Assembly (NCBI GenBank): GCA_951406725.2
Contig: OX597816.1
Location: forward strand, 96,658,001-96,722,000
Direction of reading: 5' to 3'
Length of the DNA: 64,000 nucleotides
Source of the DNA: Octopus vulgaris
Lineage: Eukaryota
Positions 38,587-51,859 of this stretch are shown here, piece after piece. Every line of letters begins with the position of its first letter. Position 1 is the first letter of the stretch. Position numbers and translations under genes: made by a program. The notes under the pieces are model-generated. The model was not told where the DNA came from. It saw only the letters and a program-made list of their open reading frames with translations, and searched no databases.

Positions 38587-38633
<47 letters not shown>

Positions 38634-38772
38634 TTATTTGAGGGAATAAAATCCAAACTTACAAGGAAAAAGAATTCAATTTAGAAATACTAAATCAAAT
38701 TCCACACAATATATATAAAATATTTGAAAAAAAAAACCTTTTATCAATTCAATGTATGTGTGTGTGCGTGTG

Positions 38773-38852
<80 letters not shown>

Positions 38853-38858
38853 TATATA

Positions 38859-38917
<59 letters not shown>

Positions 38918-38922
38918 TATAT

Positions 38923-38973
<51 letters not shown>

Positions 38974-40054
38974 TACATGTGTGTGCGTGTGTGTGTGTGC
39001 ATGTGTGTGTGTGTGTGTGTGCACGCACGGAAAATTCAAAGACAGTGGTAGATGAAGTATAATGACAGCAATACACAGCTAAACCCGTTTGTTACTTTGT
39101 TGTAACATCCTCCATGATACACTTCACCAACCACCAACTGTTTCCCTGTTGTGGTTTTTACCTTCCGTACGGGACATACGATTTGGCTATATTTCACTAA
39201 AGTTTCTCTTCTTAGACTTTCCTTTCTGTTTGAAGGTCATCCAGAATCGTTCTGATAAAAAGTAAGGCATTGTTTCTTGCTCATAGAACCAGTCGAAAGA
39301 ATGTGATGCCATCCATATACTCCACGTATATGCATTACCCAAAAACTCTAAATTTACTTTTACTTACTGTATATTAAGATTACCCATTAAAAATAACTGC
39401 ACGGAATTAAATTTAGCTGCTAAAGTACAACCAGTTTCTTAGAATTCTAGTGGTTCAACCTTGTCCCTACATGCATTTGATGTGAGTGAACGCGGGAAAA
39501 TTCTGTATACCAATTTCGCAACGAATATTTATCGTCTTGGATACCGTACCCATGCTCATTTCCAGTTTTCATAACAATTCTCTTTCAGATTCGGTCCAAT
39601 GTACAAAAGAAGCTTACCTTCTATTTTGTTCACATTATTAAGTTATCCGACCCCAGCTTCTTTTTTTCATTTCTGCCAGTTTGATTAAATACTTTGCAAC
39701 AGAGCCAAGCAAAATTGTTGTCACTAATCAATACTGCACTTATGATGTTTTCATACATAAAATTGGAAAACGGTTTTCAGTTGTGATCAGATAATCGAAT
39801 AATCAGAAAGTATGGCAAATCGGTTCTTTTTATTCCTCCGAATCAGTTTCTGTCGTTGCTTTCTTTCTGTGATTACATATGTCTTTCTCCTTATCTAACC
39901 TTCATTTTACCCTCAACATTCTTTTCTTTCCACTTGATAAAAAATCTTCATTATTTTCTATTTTGACAATTAAAATACTGCTGTGTCAGTTGTTTCGCTG
40001 CTATAACGTACTATAGAAGATACTTGTAAAACTCTTAACCAACACTATATTCTG

Positions 40055-41286
40055 CAATGAAACCTGTGCCTCACAATGGAAGTCTGCCAATTCCAGTTCC
40101 ACCAGATGCTGGTATTGAAACAACAGATAATGATGCTGACTGTAACCTCTGAAATGTTCCCAGGCTGAACTGAATGACCTTGTCAGAGACCCATCCCTCT
40201 CAAAAGATAAAGTAGAACTACTGGCATCGAGACTGGAGGGGAAGTATTTGCCAGAGCACGGTGTTCGTATAACTTATTTTCGGCAGAGAAATGTGGTTCT
40301 ACAAACGTGTTTTCCTGTTGAAGGCCCGCTTTGCTTTTGCAGTAATATCGATGAACATCAAACTGGCAGACAAGAACACCATACCAGCCAGGACTGTCTA
40401 GCGTCAAGAATACAACTCTTGTAGATCCATGTAATGTCATATTGCCTCCTTTGCACATAAAGCTTGGACTGATGAAACAGATTGTAAAGACACTAGGGAA
40501 GAGAAATGCCAGAGAGGTTTGAGAATATTATAGAAAAGTTTCCCAAAATCCCACAGGCGAAGTTGAAAGAGGGTATCTTTGTCGGACTCTAAATTAGAGA
40601 AGTACTCAAAGATGTCAACTTCAAGACAACACTGGATGAACTGAAATTGCCTGCCTGGAATGCTTTCAATTGGATCTGTGAAAATGTCTTGGGTAACAAG
40701 AAGGAAATGCACTACAAAGATGGCATCAAGAATCTCCTGAAATGTTACTCAGCAATGGGTTGTTGCATGTCACTGAAAGTTCACTTCATGGACTCCCGTC
40801 TGGATTTCTTCGCAGATAACCTTGGAGCAGTATCTGATGGACATGGTGAAAGATTTCACCAGGATATTAGTGTTTTGGAGAAACGGTATCAAGGCTTCTG
40901 GAATGACAGTATGCTGACTGTGTACTGCTAGACACTTTACTATGATCGACCAGATCAGGAACACTGCAGGAAATCCAAATCACAATGTTGTTAACTCCGT
41001 TGTTCTAACTTTGTATTGTCTGACCTATTTTTTGTGTATTCACTCTTTGTACACTGATAGTGATGATTTTGAACTCTAAACTCATTTACTTTCTTAAAAC
41101 AATATGTCCTTATCTATTACGTTAATGACTTCATATATACAAATATGTAAATTTCAGCATAATCAACTGAAAAACTGATACGTGCTGCATACAAATGGAG
41201 TGAAATTTTGAGATCAGCATGAAAAATTAGCCTAAAGTTGGTTTGCATTTATAATGAGTATAATACATCTAATTTTGTTGACCACT
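40055..41286 (+). mobile_element. Chapaev3-type (CMC) DNA transposon remnant
   Basis: KPVPH..LPIPVPP, ELNDLVR, LPPLHIKLGLMK, KEGIFVG, MSLKVHF, GAVSDGHGERFHQDI..EKRYQG.W. Right end ...TTTTGTTGACCAC. Confidence 0.8.
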
Positions 41287-41762
41287 TTTATTTACTATAC
41301 TTTATACAAACACTCGTAACACACACACACGCACACACATGCATACACACATTTACATTCACACAATAATACTTTCAGACATATACCAATTATGATGACA
41401 TACGGTCGCATGGTGAGGTTTAGTGAAATGAATTAATCAAATACATGAACAGTGCTGATGTTATCGACATACAAGCGAATAACTACGAAAGTCGACTCCA
41501 GTGAGATTTATTCAAAATACACAGATATGAAACTTTTAGTGCTGGTAATATTTAGTCTAAAGTACTGTCCCTTCTGCTTTTCCTATCACACACCCAATGC
41601 TTCTGCCATTCCTATGACTTAATTATACCCAATATCAGTTTTATGTATTTTTCTTCTTGCAAATAAGTTACTGAATTGCAAAGGCTAAAACGTTTAAGTT
41701 GCAGTCACCTTCGCTTTTCATTCTCATAGATAATTTGTTGAAGTACCAGTTAAATACTAGAA

Positions 41763-41829
<67 letters not shown>

Positions 41830-41844
41830 TTCTCTCATATATCA

Positions 41845-42680
41845 CCATCATCATCATCATCATTTAACGTCCGTTTTCCATGCTGGCATGAGTTGGTCAG
41901 TTTGACTGAAAACTGGTAAGCTGGGAGGCTGCAACAAACTCCAGTCTGATTTGCCATAGTTTCTACGGCTGGGTGCCCTTCCTAACGCCAATCACTCTGA
42001 TAGTTTAAAGGGTACTTTTACGTGCTGCTGACACGGGTGCCAGTTGCGTGACACCAGTATCTGTCACGACTATGATTTCACTTGGCTTCATAGGTCTTCT
42101 ACTCAAGTACAGTATATTGCCAAAGGTCTCGGTCGTTTGTCACTGCCTCCTTGGAACCCAACGCTCGAAAGGTGCATTTCACGTACCACCGGCATAGGTG
42201 CTAGTTACGTGACACCGGTATCACCCACATTACCTCCGTGAGGCTCAACGCTCGAAAGGTGTTTTTTACGTGGCACAGGCAGGAGTGCTATTTACGCCAC
42301 ACCTGCATCGGCCACATTGCCTCGGTGAGGCCCAACGCTCGAAAGGTGATTTTTACATGCTACCAGCACGGGTGCCAGTTACGTGACACTGGCATCGGCC
42401 ATGACTATGATTTCACTTGGTTTGACGGGTCTTCTCAAGAGCACGGCATATCGCCAAAGTCTCGGTCACTAGTCATTGTCTCCGTGAGGCCCAACGTGAA
42501 TATCATGCTTCACCACCTCGTCCCATATATTCCTGGGTCTACTTCTTCCACAGGTTCCCTCCACAATTAGAGATCAGCACTTCTTTATACAGGTGCCCTC
42601 ATCCATATGCATCACATGACCATACTAACGCAGTTGTCTCTCTTGCACACCACATCTGATGCCTCTTATGTCCAACATTT
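41845..42680 (-). mobile_element. RTE LINE 3' end with internal tandem repeats
   Basis: The ORF end (GRSRPRNIWDEVV) and the (GAT)n tail match 54830-55720. Confidence 0.75.
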
Positions 42681-44146
42681 CTCTCATGGAAAGAAGAGCA
42701 CCGTCAGGGCGTTCAGGGCCCAAGAAAAGATACCTTGGTTACAATACTCAGTGTCACTTTCCTTTCACAAAACGCGTTTTGAAAGAGATCTGACTGCTAT
42801 TTCTAGCAGCTGAAATGATCGTATAGTGACATTTTCGCTTACTTCGTTATTTCACAATTATGTTTGTTTGTAGTTAGTTGGTAATGTCACCAGCCCGTCA
42901 TTTTGGACAGCATTATTCAATGTGTCTCCTTTCGTTTCTATTTTTATACAATGGAATATAATTAGGAGATAAAGTTATTATTTCTAGTAAGTCGAGGCAC
43001 TACATAGAGGCTCCTTCATCGGTTCATATCACATGCATACATGTGAAACAGAAACCGTGTCATTAAGAACTACAATTTCTACAGTTGAAATTGTAGAAAT
43101 TCTGCTTCAACAATATATGAAACACATTTATATTTTTGCTTGCATGGAATAATTCGATGCAAAACGCAAAGATAATATATATATAAAAGATGATAAAAAA
43201 ACAAAAAACAAGATTGAATTATGGAGTATCTAAACTTATTAACCTTTATACAGATGTTCGTAGGTTTGTATCAGATTTTATCAGTGACAAACTCAAATTA
43301 AAATATTAAAATCAGAAAACAATTTTGTAAAAATATCGATAAATTATTCTGAAAACGAAAAACTATTTTGGAAAGGAAAATTCAAAAATAAAAATCCATC
43401 TGCAATGTTTTCTACATACTAGTTTTATTTTGACAACTTGCTTCATCAATCTAATTGGCTTTATCAAGGTGTTGTATGTAGTTCTTCACATTTTCTAATT
43501 AAGATTCTTTTATGGCAATGAATTTCATATCAATAAAACGAAGTTGTAAGTTAGAGATGAAGAAAATTGCTTTCTAACCAATTAATAATGAAATTATGGA
43601 GGACTTGCACATCATACCAGTTACTAAAGTCAATTATTTTTCTATTTTTTTAATTACTTCATCCTCTCCACCCCAACCTACACTACACTACACATACATT
43701 CTTTCACCGCCTTTTCTCTTGTCATCTTTCTCTTGGATGCTTTCTCTACTGTATAAATGATTTGCTATATTTCATTGAAACAAATTTGTTAGAAATAGAA
43801 CTATATATTCAGCTGCAGTTCTTGGTGTCGCTTAGCCCTAGGTTAGCTCTGATTGAGCAAACAGATGATCAAATTATTTCTATTTACCCGTATTTCAAAC
43901 ATTTAAGAACAGCATTAATCAATGTGTCCTCTTTCTTTTTTGTAGTTTTTTTGTGCAATAGAATATAATTAGAAGAAAGAACTGTTATTTCTAGTAAGTC
44001 GACTCACCATATAGAGGCTCTTTCATTGGTTCATATCACATGTATACACGTGAAGGAGAAACCGTATCATGAACTGAACATATAAAATTATATATAAACC
44101 TCTCAGACTTCTGACCCATAACCATATCCTTTATTATTATAGAGTT

Positions 44147-44290
44147 AAGGTGGTGAGCTGGCAGAATAGTTAGCGTGTCAGAAAAATGCTAAGCATTCTT
44201 TCATCTCTTTACATTCTGTGTCCATTTCCCACTGAGGTCAACTTTGCCATTCATCTTTCGGAGTCGTAGTCAACTAACCCATCCTCCTCC
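44147..44290 (+). mobile_element. MetaSINE-like SINE, truncated
   Basis: GGTGAGCTGGCAGAATAGTTAGC...GTCAACTTTGCCATTCATC. Confidence 0.55.
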
Positions 44291-44599
44291 AAATGACTTA
44301 TGCCACCAACACTCTCGCTGTCATTTTCTTCAAGCATCAACGGTTGAATGAATGTAAAACGTTTATCTGCTCGCTTGCTGAAGGGCAAAAGTCTTCTTTC
44401 CACTTACTAAAATACTTTCAGAGCAACTAACTTCCTTATTAATTACATTTGTTAGGTAACAAAGGATATCTACTACTTCTAGTGAGCCATCAAAGCATCT
44501 AAAAACTATTTCCAGTACTACTCCAGTACATCAATTGCACACAAATCTTAAATTTTTTAATTTTCTGTATGTGATTCTACTAAGTTTCTTGTGTGTCCT

Positions 44600-45120
44600 T
44601 GGCTTACATTGAGTGCAGCATATAAAATTTATACATACTCCTTTTCTGCATATTGAACAAGACCATTTCCTGGCAGAGGCAAAAATACTGTCTTCTTTTC
44701 TACTTTACTAAATCCTTCATCTTTGCTAGGTTCACCTTATGACCTCTCGTTTCTTGGCTAAACCTCCAAGCTGGAAATTTTTCTCTAATTCCCCAACATT
44801 CAGCTATGAGAGCTAGATCATCAGCAAAAGGACATCCAGTCTTGAGAGGTTCTATGACTATGATGACTGGAGATTGAACCTAGTTGGACTCCTTACCTTC
44901 ATGCTAAATTAGTTACAGAAAGCATGGCCAATTCTACTTACTGCATACATAGTTTGCACATAGCTTGTATAGCTCTCATATATCAGCCATCCACACCATT
45001 TTCTCAGTGACCAACAAATTAGTGAGCATGCTTTCTCTAAATCAACGAAAGCCAGGAACAGTGTTTTTTTCTTTTTCTTAACCAAATATTTCTCTAGCAG
45101 TTGTCTTACTAGGAAGATTC
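44600..45120 (-). pseudogene. Decayed RTE RT fragment
   Basis: FADDLALI, GVQLGSISS and FVDLEKA remnants. Confidence 0.55.
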
Positions 45121-46191
45121 AAGGACAATATAAGTTGTGGTATTTATTTATTATGAATCTGAATTTCACAAAGGTTGTCTATGCCTTCCTTCTAGGGTTC
45201 ATTGAGAACTAATCAACTATCAGAGGCGTTTAGATTTTCTACACTCATCTCCAATAGTGTATAGTCTTGTGCCAAATTTTAAAATGATCATTATTAAGAT
45301 GAACGTATTTTTCCAGAGGAGAGAGAGATTTCTAAAAGGGTTTAGATTTTAAAATTGATGGATCATGTTATAAAGAGACAAAGGAATTTGTTGAGAAAGA
45401 TTTGGCTATACGATGGAACATGTTGAATGTTTACATTTGATGATCCCTCATTGGCTAAAACTTGCCAATGTTATTATTGTAAACATTCACGACAGTAATT
45501 TAGTTGGAAATAAACCAAGTGCAGAGGATGTTTGCAAGGAAATAAAATTACAGCAGCATAATACCCAAGCAGATAAATTACTGGACTACTGACTTTTGCA
45601 TCATGAGCTCAAATATATCTATTTTAGCTAATATATTGTGTTTCCCTTAGTAAAGCACATGTAATCCAGCTTTTGTTTGCCTAATTAAATCAGACTCTGA
45701 CAGGTGTTACTACTCTGGTTCAGAGTAGATCTGGGAACAATAGTGGCTAAGAGGTGGTTCCACATTCCTCAAAACCCTGGAACTCATGAACCAGGGGCCC
45801 ACAACTGGATTCAGTTTAAAGTCATACCCAGGACATTTTCAGCATATATACTCTAGCAAATGGACACCTTTGTTAAACATTCATTGCTTTTTGCATCACA
45901 TCTCCATACGAGTGCAGCTGTCTCATCTTCACTCATCAACTGATATGTCTAAATCAACAGTTACACTTTAGTTGACATGTACTTATTTGTGAATAATTGT
46001 TGTCAACCTGATCAACATGACCATGAGAAGAGATGTAGATGTTACATGATACACACAAGATAAGCAAACTTAGATATATCTTCAACTAATACAATAAAAT
46101 ACAGTATGTATACTGTTTCTCTCTTAAATTTTGGTTCTTTATTTTTGTGATTCAAACTACACTTTCTTGCCGTGTACTTTGAATGGATATA

Positions 46192-47450
46192 TCAGGTCAT
46201 CCCATAATTTCTGTCCGAATTTTGAATAAAGAAAACAAGTGATCAAATGTGATATTTAATTGAAATTTAATCATCAATGTACTTTCCCTGATTATCTATG
46301 ATTTCCTTCCATTGACTTACAAGCTTTTAAATCCCATCAATGTAAAACTCTTTTGGTTTCAAAGCAAAGAACTCTGAAATGTCAGTTTCAACCTCCTCCT
46401 GGCTTGCGAAATTTATGTCCCCCAAATGATTCTGTAAACTACAAAACAAATGGTAGTCTGAAGGAGCAAGGTTGGGAGAATAAGGTGGATGAGGAGGTTT
46501 TTCCCAACCAAGCTCTTTGATCTTCTGTGATGTGATTTTTGCAGTGTTGGGTCGCACATTGTCCTGATGAAACATCACTCCTTTTTGATTCACCAAAGAG
46601 GATCTTTTTTTCTTCAAAGCTTGGTTCAAAGACTCTGTTGCTGACAGTAGACTTGAGCATTGATTGTTGCATTAGGTGGTAGCAATCCCACCAGATAGAG
46701 AGAACCTTTTTACCATGAAGTTCCTTTCTCGGTTGTGGTTGAGCTTTTTCCCTTTAACCAAGCCACTGTTTATGACGTTTCACATTTCGATAGAAGATCC
46801 ATTTTTTGTCACCAGTCACAAGTCTATCCAAAAAGGGTGAAATGAATTTGCAAGAATGGAGAGAAGAGCAGATGTCAACTCAGGATTTGTGGTTGCTTTT
46901 GAACAGTTCATGAGGCACCCATTTTCAAAGTTTAGGAACCTTTCCAGGTTCTTGAAGATGATGATGAATAGTTGGATGGTTTAAACTAAGCTTTATTGCC
47001 AATTCTTCAACTGATAATGCAGGATTTTTTTAAGTAATGCCTCAAGGAGCTTATCATCAAACTCAATTGGATGTCCCGTTTGATCTACATCTTCAAGGTT
47101 GAAATATCTACTTCTGAATTTTGCAAACCATCTTCTGCAAGTTCTTTCATTCAAGCATTCTTTCCCATAAACTGAGTGTATGTTTCAAATCACTTCGGCT
47201 GAAAAGTTTCCTTTTTTGTACCCATGAAGCATTATGTGCCTCAAATGCTCTTTGGATACTTCCATGTTAGAAAGGGTTTTAATCAAAGAAATTTTAATTC
47301 TATTATTCTGTAAAATAATATTTAATTAGTTTAAATGTACCCAAATGCATTAAAATAATTTTTTAATTCCATTAGACATTCTAAAATTCTATTAAATTTC
47401 ATTCAATTTTAAAAAAGGTAAAATCAGACAGAACTTATAGAATGAACTGA
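46192..47450 (-). mobile_element. Full-length decayed mariner transposon (transposase pseudogene 46267-47265)
   Basis: TIRs TCAGGTCATCCCATAATTTCTGTC / GACAGAACTTATAGAATGAACTGA with TA flanks. Motifs WVPHEL, VTGDKKW, HQDNVRPN, PYSPNLAPSDYHLF. Confidence 0.9.
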
Positions 47451-47479
47451 TATTTTATCAAACACAAGTATGTGGTATA

Positions 47480-47649
47480 GGCCAAGACATGGCTGTGCAG
47501 TTAAGAAGCCTGCTTCCCAACAATGTGGTCCCAGGTTCAGTCTAACTGTACATCACCTTGAGTGTCTTCTACTGTAGCCCTGGGATGACCAAAGTTTTGT
47601 GACTGGAAACCGAAAGAAGCCCAACACACACATACACAGATAGATAGAC

Positions 47650-47696
<47 letters not shown>

Positions 47697-47900
47697 TAGA
47701 TGTAGGAGCACACATGTATGTGTTTGTGTACAGTTGTAGATAAGCATCATCACATAGCAAATTCTTTTGCTTCCAGTCTTCAATGAAAAACATATCTAGC
47801 AATGAGAAAATAGTTTGCTAACAAGAAGGGCATCTGGCCATAGAAAATCAGCCTCAACATATTCCATGTGACTGAGGAAATCATGTGAAAGTGGATATTA
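47480..47900 (+). mobile_element. SINE family B head with an RTE-like tail
   Basis: TGGCTGTGCAGTTAAG...GGTTCAGTC head, microsatellite, and AAGAAGGGCATCTGGCCATAGAAA resembling the RTE 3' end. Confidence 0.55.
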
Positions 47901-48870
47901 AATGAACGCTACACTGTTGTTTAAAAGCAGGTCAGCCCAGATGAGCAAACTATGACCATAGATATTCCAGTTAAAACTATCCTGTCCTTTCATATATCCA
48001 AGTCTACTTTGTTTGAGTGTTTCCATTTTTTTAAAACAGTAAAGTGTGATTTTGAGGAAAATTTGACTTCTATTTCTAGTAAGTTAATCAATCATATGAT
48101 ATTCCCTCATTGTTAAATTATCATTAGATATAATAAGCTGAAAGTAAAAGTCATACTAACAAAAAGTGTGATAAAGGCCAAATAAAGCACATTTAAAGCT
48201 TTTCTTATTTACTTTATACAAAGAAACAAACTAAATTTATGACAGAGAACTGTACTACACAATTCTTGTAAACATGTGTCAAATACTTGGAACTGTTCAG
48301 GAGTGAATGATTATGTTTTGATACAGTAGCAAGTAATTTAACTGTGAAAAGGATAGAAAATAGTAAGTGCAAATGAGATTTAATATTTACAAAAAAAAAA
48401 ACTGGAAAGAAAATAATAGAAAATACAAAAGAAGCATTAAATCTACACGCATAGTGTTATGACAAAATACACATTTTACATCACCTATAATTTACTGCAA
48501 TCTAAAATTATTACAGTTTTTATTTAACACTTGCATCTCATAAACTATTTATCAGCAAAGATGTAAAATTTAGTTTTCTCAAAGAAATAATGTATATTAT
48601 TTCCTGAGAAATAAAATCCCCAAAGAAAACATAATGGAATTTTACTTGAAATGTGGAATATTATTATAAACAGGAAGTATGTGGTGTTATATTGCCTTTA
48701 AAGTTAGAGCAAATATCATAAATAATTGCAACAAAACAATATCATTATTTCAAATATGTATTTTAAGAAATCTATTTGGTATATAATTATAAAGGTGCAA
48801 GTGTATGTGTGTGTTTATATGGTGTTTGTTTATTGTGCTGTGCATATGCATGTTTGTTTCTGTGTACTCT

Positions 48871-48920
<50 letters not shown>

Positions 48921-49349
48921 TGTACTGAATGACATACATGAAAATTTTCCTCTTAGGTGAAAAGCAAAATAAAAATCCCATAGGTAATGTTAGCAACTCT
49001 CAAGAATGAGAGAGAGAGACATAGTTTCAAGAATTTAAGAATTGATATCACAAAATTAAGTCTACAGACAAAAGGAACACCTATGCGTATGTTTTGGTTT
49101 TATTGAACCATATCAGTATAGCAATGTATACTCCAGAGGTTCTCAATTGTCTTTGTTAAAAGTGCAAGCATGAATGATTGACTAAGAAGTTTACTTAGCA
49201 ACCATGTGATTTCAGGTCCAGTCTCACAAGCTGTGTATGAGTGCATGTGTGTGTGTGTGTATACATATACATACATGTACATGTATGCATCTTTAAGAAA
49301 ATTATACAATTGTTGGCCAAAACTTGTTATAACCCTGTTATTCATACAG

Positions 49350-49391
<42 letters not shown>

Positions 49392-49397
49392 TATAAT

Positions 49398-49638
49398 ACA
49401 ATGGGCTAGATATCTGTTGTAATTTAGTCAACCATAGTCTGATAATATTTCGGAATAAAATTCCTTCTTCAGATATACTTAGATGGAGTCGCTGCTATAA
49501 TCGGTTTTCCAACTGCTTTTCTTTTGGAAAACCGATTTTAGCAGCGACTCCATCTAAGAATATCTGAAGAAGGAATTTTATTCCGAAATATTATCAGACT
49601 ATGGATGACTAAATTACAACAGGTATATAGCCCATTGT
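49398..49638. repeat. Near-perfect palindrome (two 115-bp arms, 11-nt spacer) with a hammerhead core in each arm
   Basis: CTGAAGA A GGAAT ttt ATTCC GAAA TATTA TC at 49564-49595 (+), mirrored at 49441-49472 (-). Confidence 0.85.
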
Positions 49639-49833
49639 TTGCAGTGCATTGTTGTACTATTCAAAATTTTTTGTCCTCTACAAGCAATACATAATGCTTC
49701 AAGCAAACTACAATACTCTCCTATATATATATATATCCATATTTTGCTTAAGCATTGTGATACTAAAAACCCGGTGTAGAACTCAATATACATATGCTTC
49801 AGAATGAAGTTTAGTTGAGTTCAGAGCAGTAAT

Positions 49834-49919
49834 AAGAAATTGAGATGACAAAGGAATAAACAATAAGCTTTAGTTCATGACACAATGAATTGTTTAGTCC
49901 TTTGTCATTTCAATTTCTT
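49834..49919. repeat. Short foldback (arms about 31 bp)
   Basis: AAGAAATTGAGATGACAAAGGAATAAACAAT pairs with ATTGTTTAGTCCTTTGTCATTTCAATTTCTT. Confidence 0.7.
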
Positions 49920-49944
49920 CTTATATATATAATGATAATAATAA

Positions 49945-50515
49945 TAAATGCCCTGATGCAGTACCAAGCAGTGGCTCTCATGGCTTCTGATCTTAACTGA
50001 TTGGAAGTGTTATCATGTACATTGTTTTGTCTTGGTATAAAAGATGGGCTACAGCAAATATTCTGCTCAATACCACAGGTTTGCTTGTCGGTTGTTTGAC
50101 CTTAACCAGTTGAGCATGTCCCTTAGTGGCTGACAATATGTGCATCTCTGATCACGAGCGGAAGTAGTGGGGGAGTATCATAGCCATGTGTTGAGAGCGA
50201 TTCTATGGAGTTTGAATAATTCACCTCTGGAAACATAGGTGTTTCGTTCAACATCCTTAAACAACCCTTATTCAAGGACCTTTTGAGCGGGATGGGTTAC
50301 TCGACCAGAAGAATATTCTAACTGGGCCCCACCTGCAAGGTCATGTGCTGTTTATCTCGATATGAGATCACCATGTCGCGCACATATGGTTGCGATGCAT
50401 GTGCCTGGTGTACCCTTATCAGACGGGTCGTCATGATGGGTATACTGGGCTTCGTATATTTTACCCCAGTGTCACTTTGATGGCATGAACTGCTCTCTCA
50501 CTCAATAATAATAAT
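49945..50515 (+). mobile_element. (AAT)n-flanked non-autonomous retroelement
   Basis: Homologous to 31200-31685, with AAT repeats on both sides. Confidence 0.68.
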
Positions 50516-50900
50516 ATGAGGGAATATTATTCCAATCTTACAGGGAAAAATTCAATTTAGAAATACTAAATCAAATTTCACAAAATATAATATATATATA
50601 TATATATATAAATTAGAAAAAAAAAACACCTTTCATCAATTCAATATTGAAAAATTAAATTATACCATATAGAAAAATTACGTATTATAGAAAGGTTAAA
50701 TATAAGATAAAATATATAACGATGATTAAATAATGTGCAAAATATTAAATAAAATGTATATATTTGGTACAAAATTGATACGTATTTCGTGGCCTATATT
50801 TAAGAAATGATAATAGTCAAAATAATAGTAGTAGTAGTAAAATCACTTCAGTATAAATATAGCCACTCTTCAGGTTAAAGATAACAACAATAATAAAATA
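50516..50900 (-). mobile_element. PLE-like terminal repeat with a hammerhead core and long stem II
   Basis: CTGAAGA GTGGC TATATTTA...TAAATATAG GCCAC GAAA TACGTA TC at 50777-50873. The left part recurs at 38640-38750. Confidence 0.55.
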
Positions 50901-51859
50901 ATTAATTAGATAAATTAATAAATATACGTAAATAATCTTGTAAAGTATGAAATATCTTAATAAATGTATTCTTGTTTAAAAATAAGATACAATTATATGC
51001 ATGTTTGTATGTATATATGTGTATGTGTATACATATGCATGTGCATACATGTATCACTGTGGTTTCCCCTAAGCTGCACAACAACTGGTGTTGGTTCATT
51101 TACATTAACACACTTCTTCACCCAAAATGTAAAAGTTCGTGTAAGATCCTTCTTAGCTTAATGGATAAACACTTTACTGGCAGTCACAACTCACTCAGAC
51201 TTTTGGTATAAGAAACACAATCATTAATAGAATTCCATCTCTTATTTGATGGCTTTGTTTAGTTTTATAGCACCAAAAACTGGGATGACAACGATCACTA
51301 TTTTTTTTCTGATGAGTGTAGTCTGACAAACTAATAACTTGTGTGAAACCAACAGGTAAGATCATCAGAAATGGATCTATAATCCAATATACCTTGATCA
51401 ACACACACACATGCACAGGCACACACACACACACACACACACACAAACATACTGACACACACACACAAGATATTCAAAGTTGTGACAAATTGATTTCTGC
51501 GCTTTGAAAAAAATAAACTTTACAGCTTTAACTATTTTTCTACTCTCTATACACCCAAACACATATATCCTCAATCCATGCAAGTATGGAAAATGTGATG
51601 TAAAATTATAATACATAAGTCTTACCCTCAAGATGTTGAATCATGTTTCAAATTGCATTTTAATAACTCCCCCAAAAGAATATGCATCCAGAACATGCTC
51701 TTGTCTGCTTTTGCTATCTTGTGGTATGCCTGCCCTCCCACCCCAAGCACCTGTACCAGAAGTCCCTATCCTCTGCCATCCTTTGGTTGTCTCTCATGAA
51801 CATTTCTAAAGGCTTAGCACCATCCCCACCCTTACTTAAGGTTTATCACCTATGTAAGG

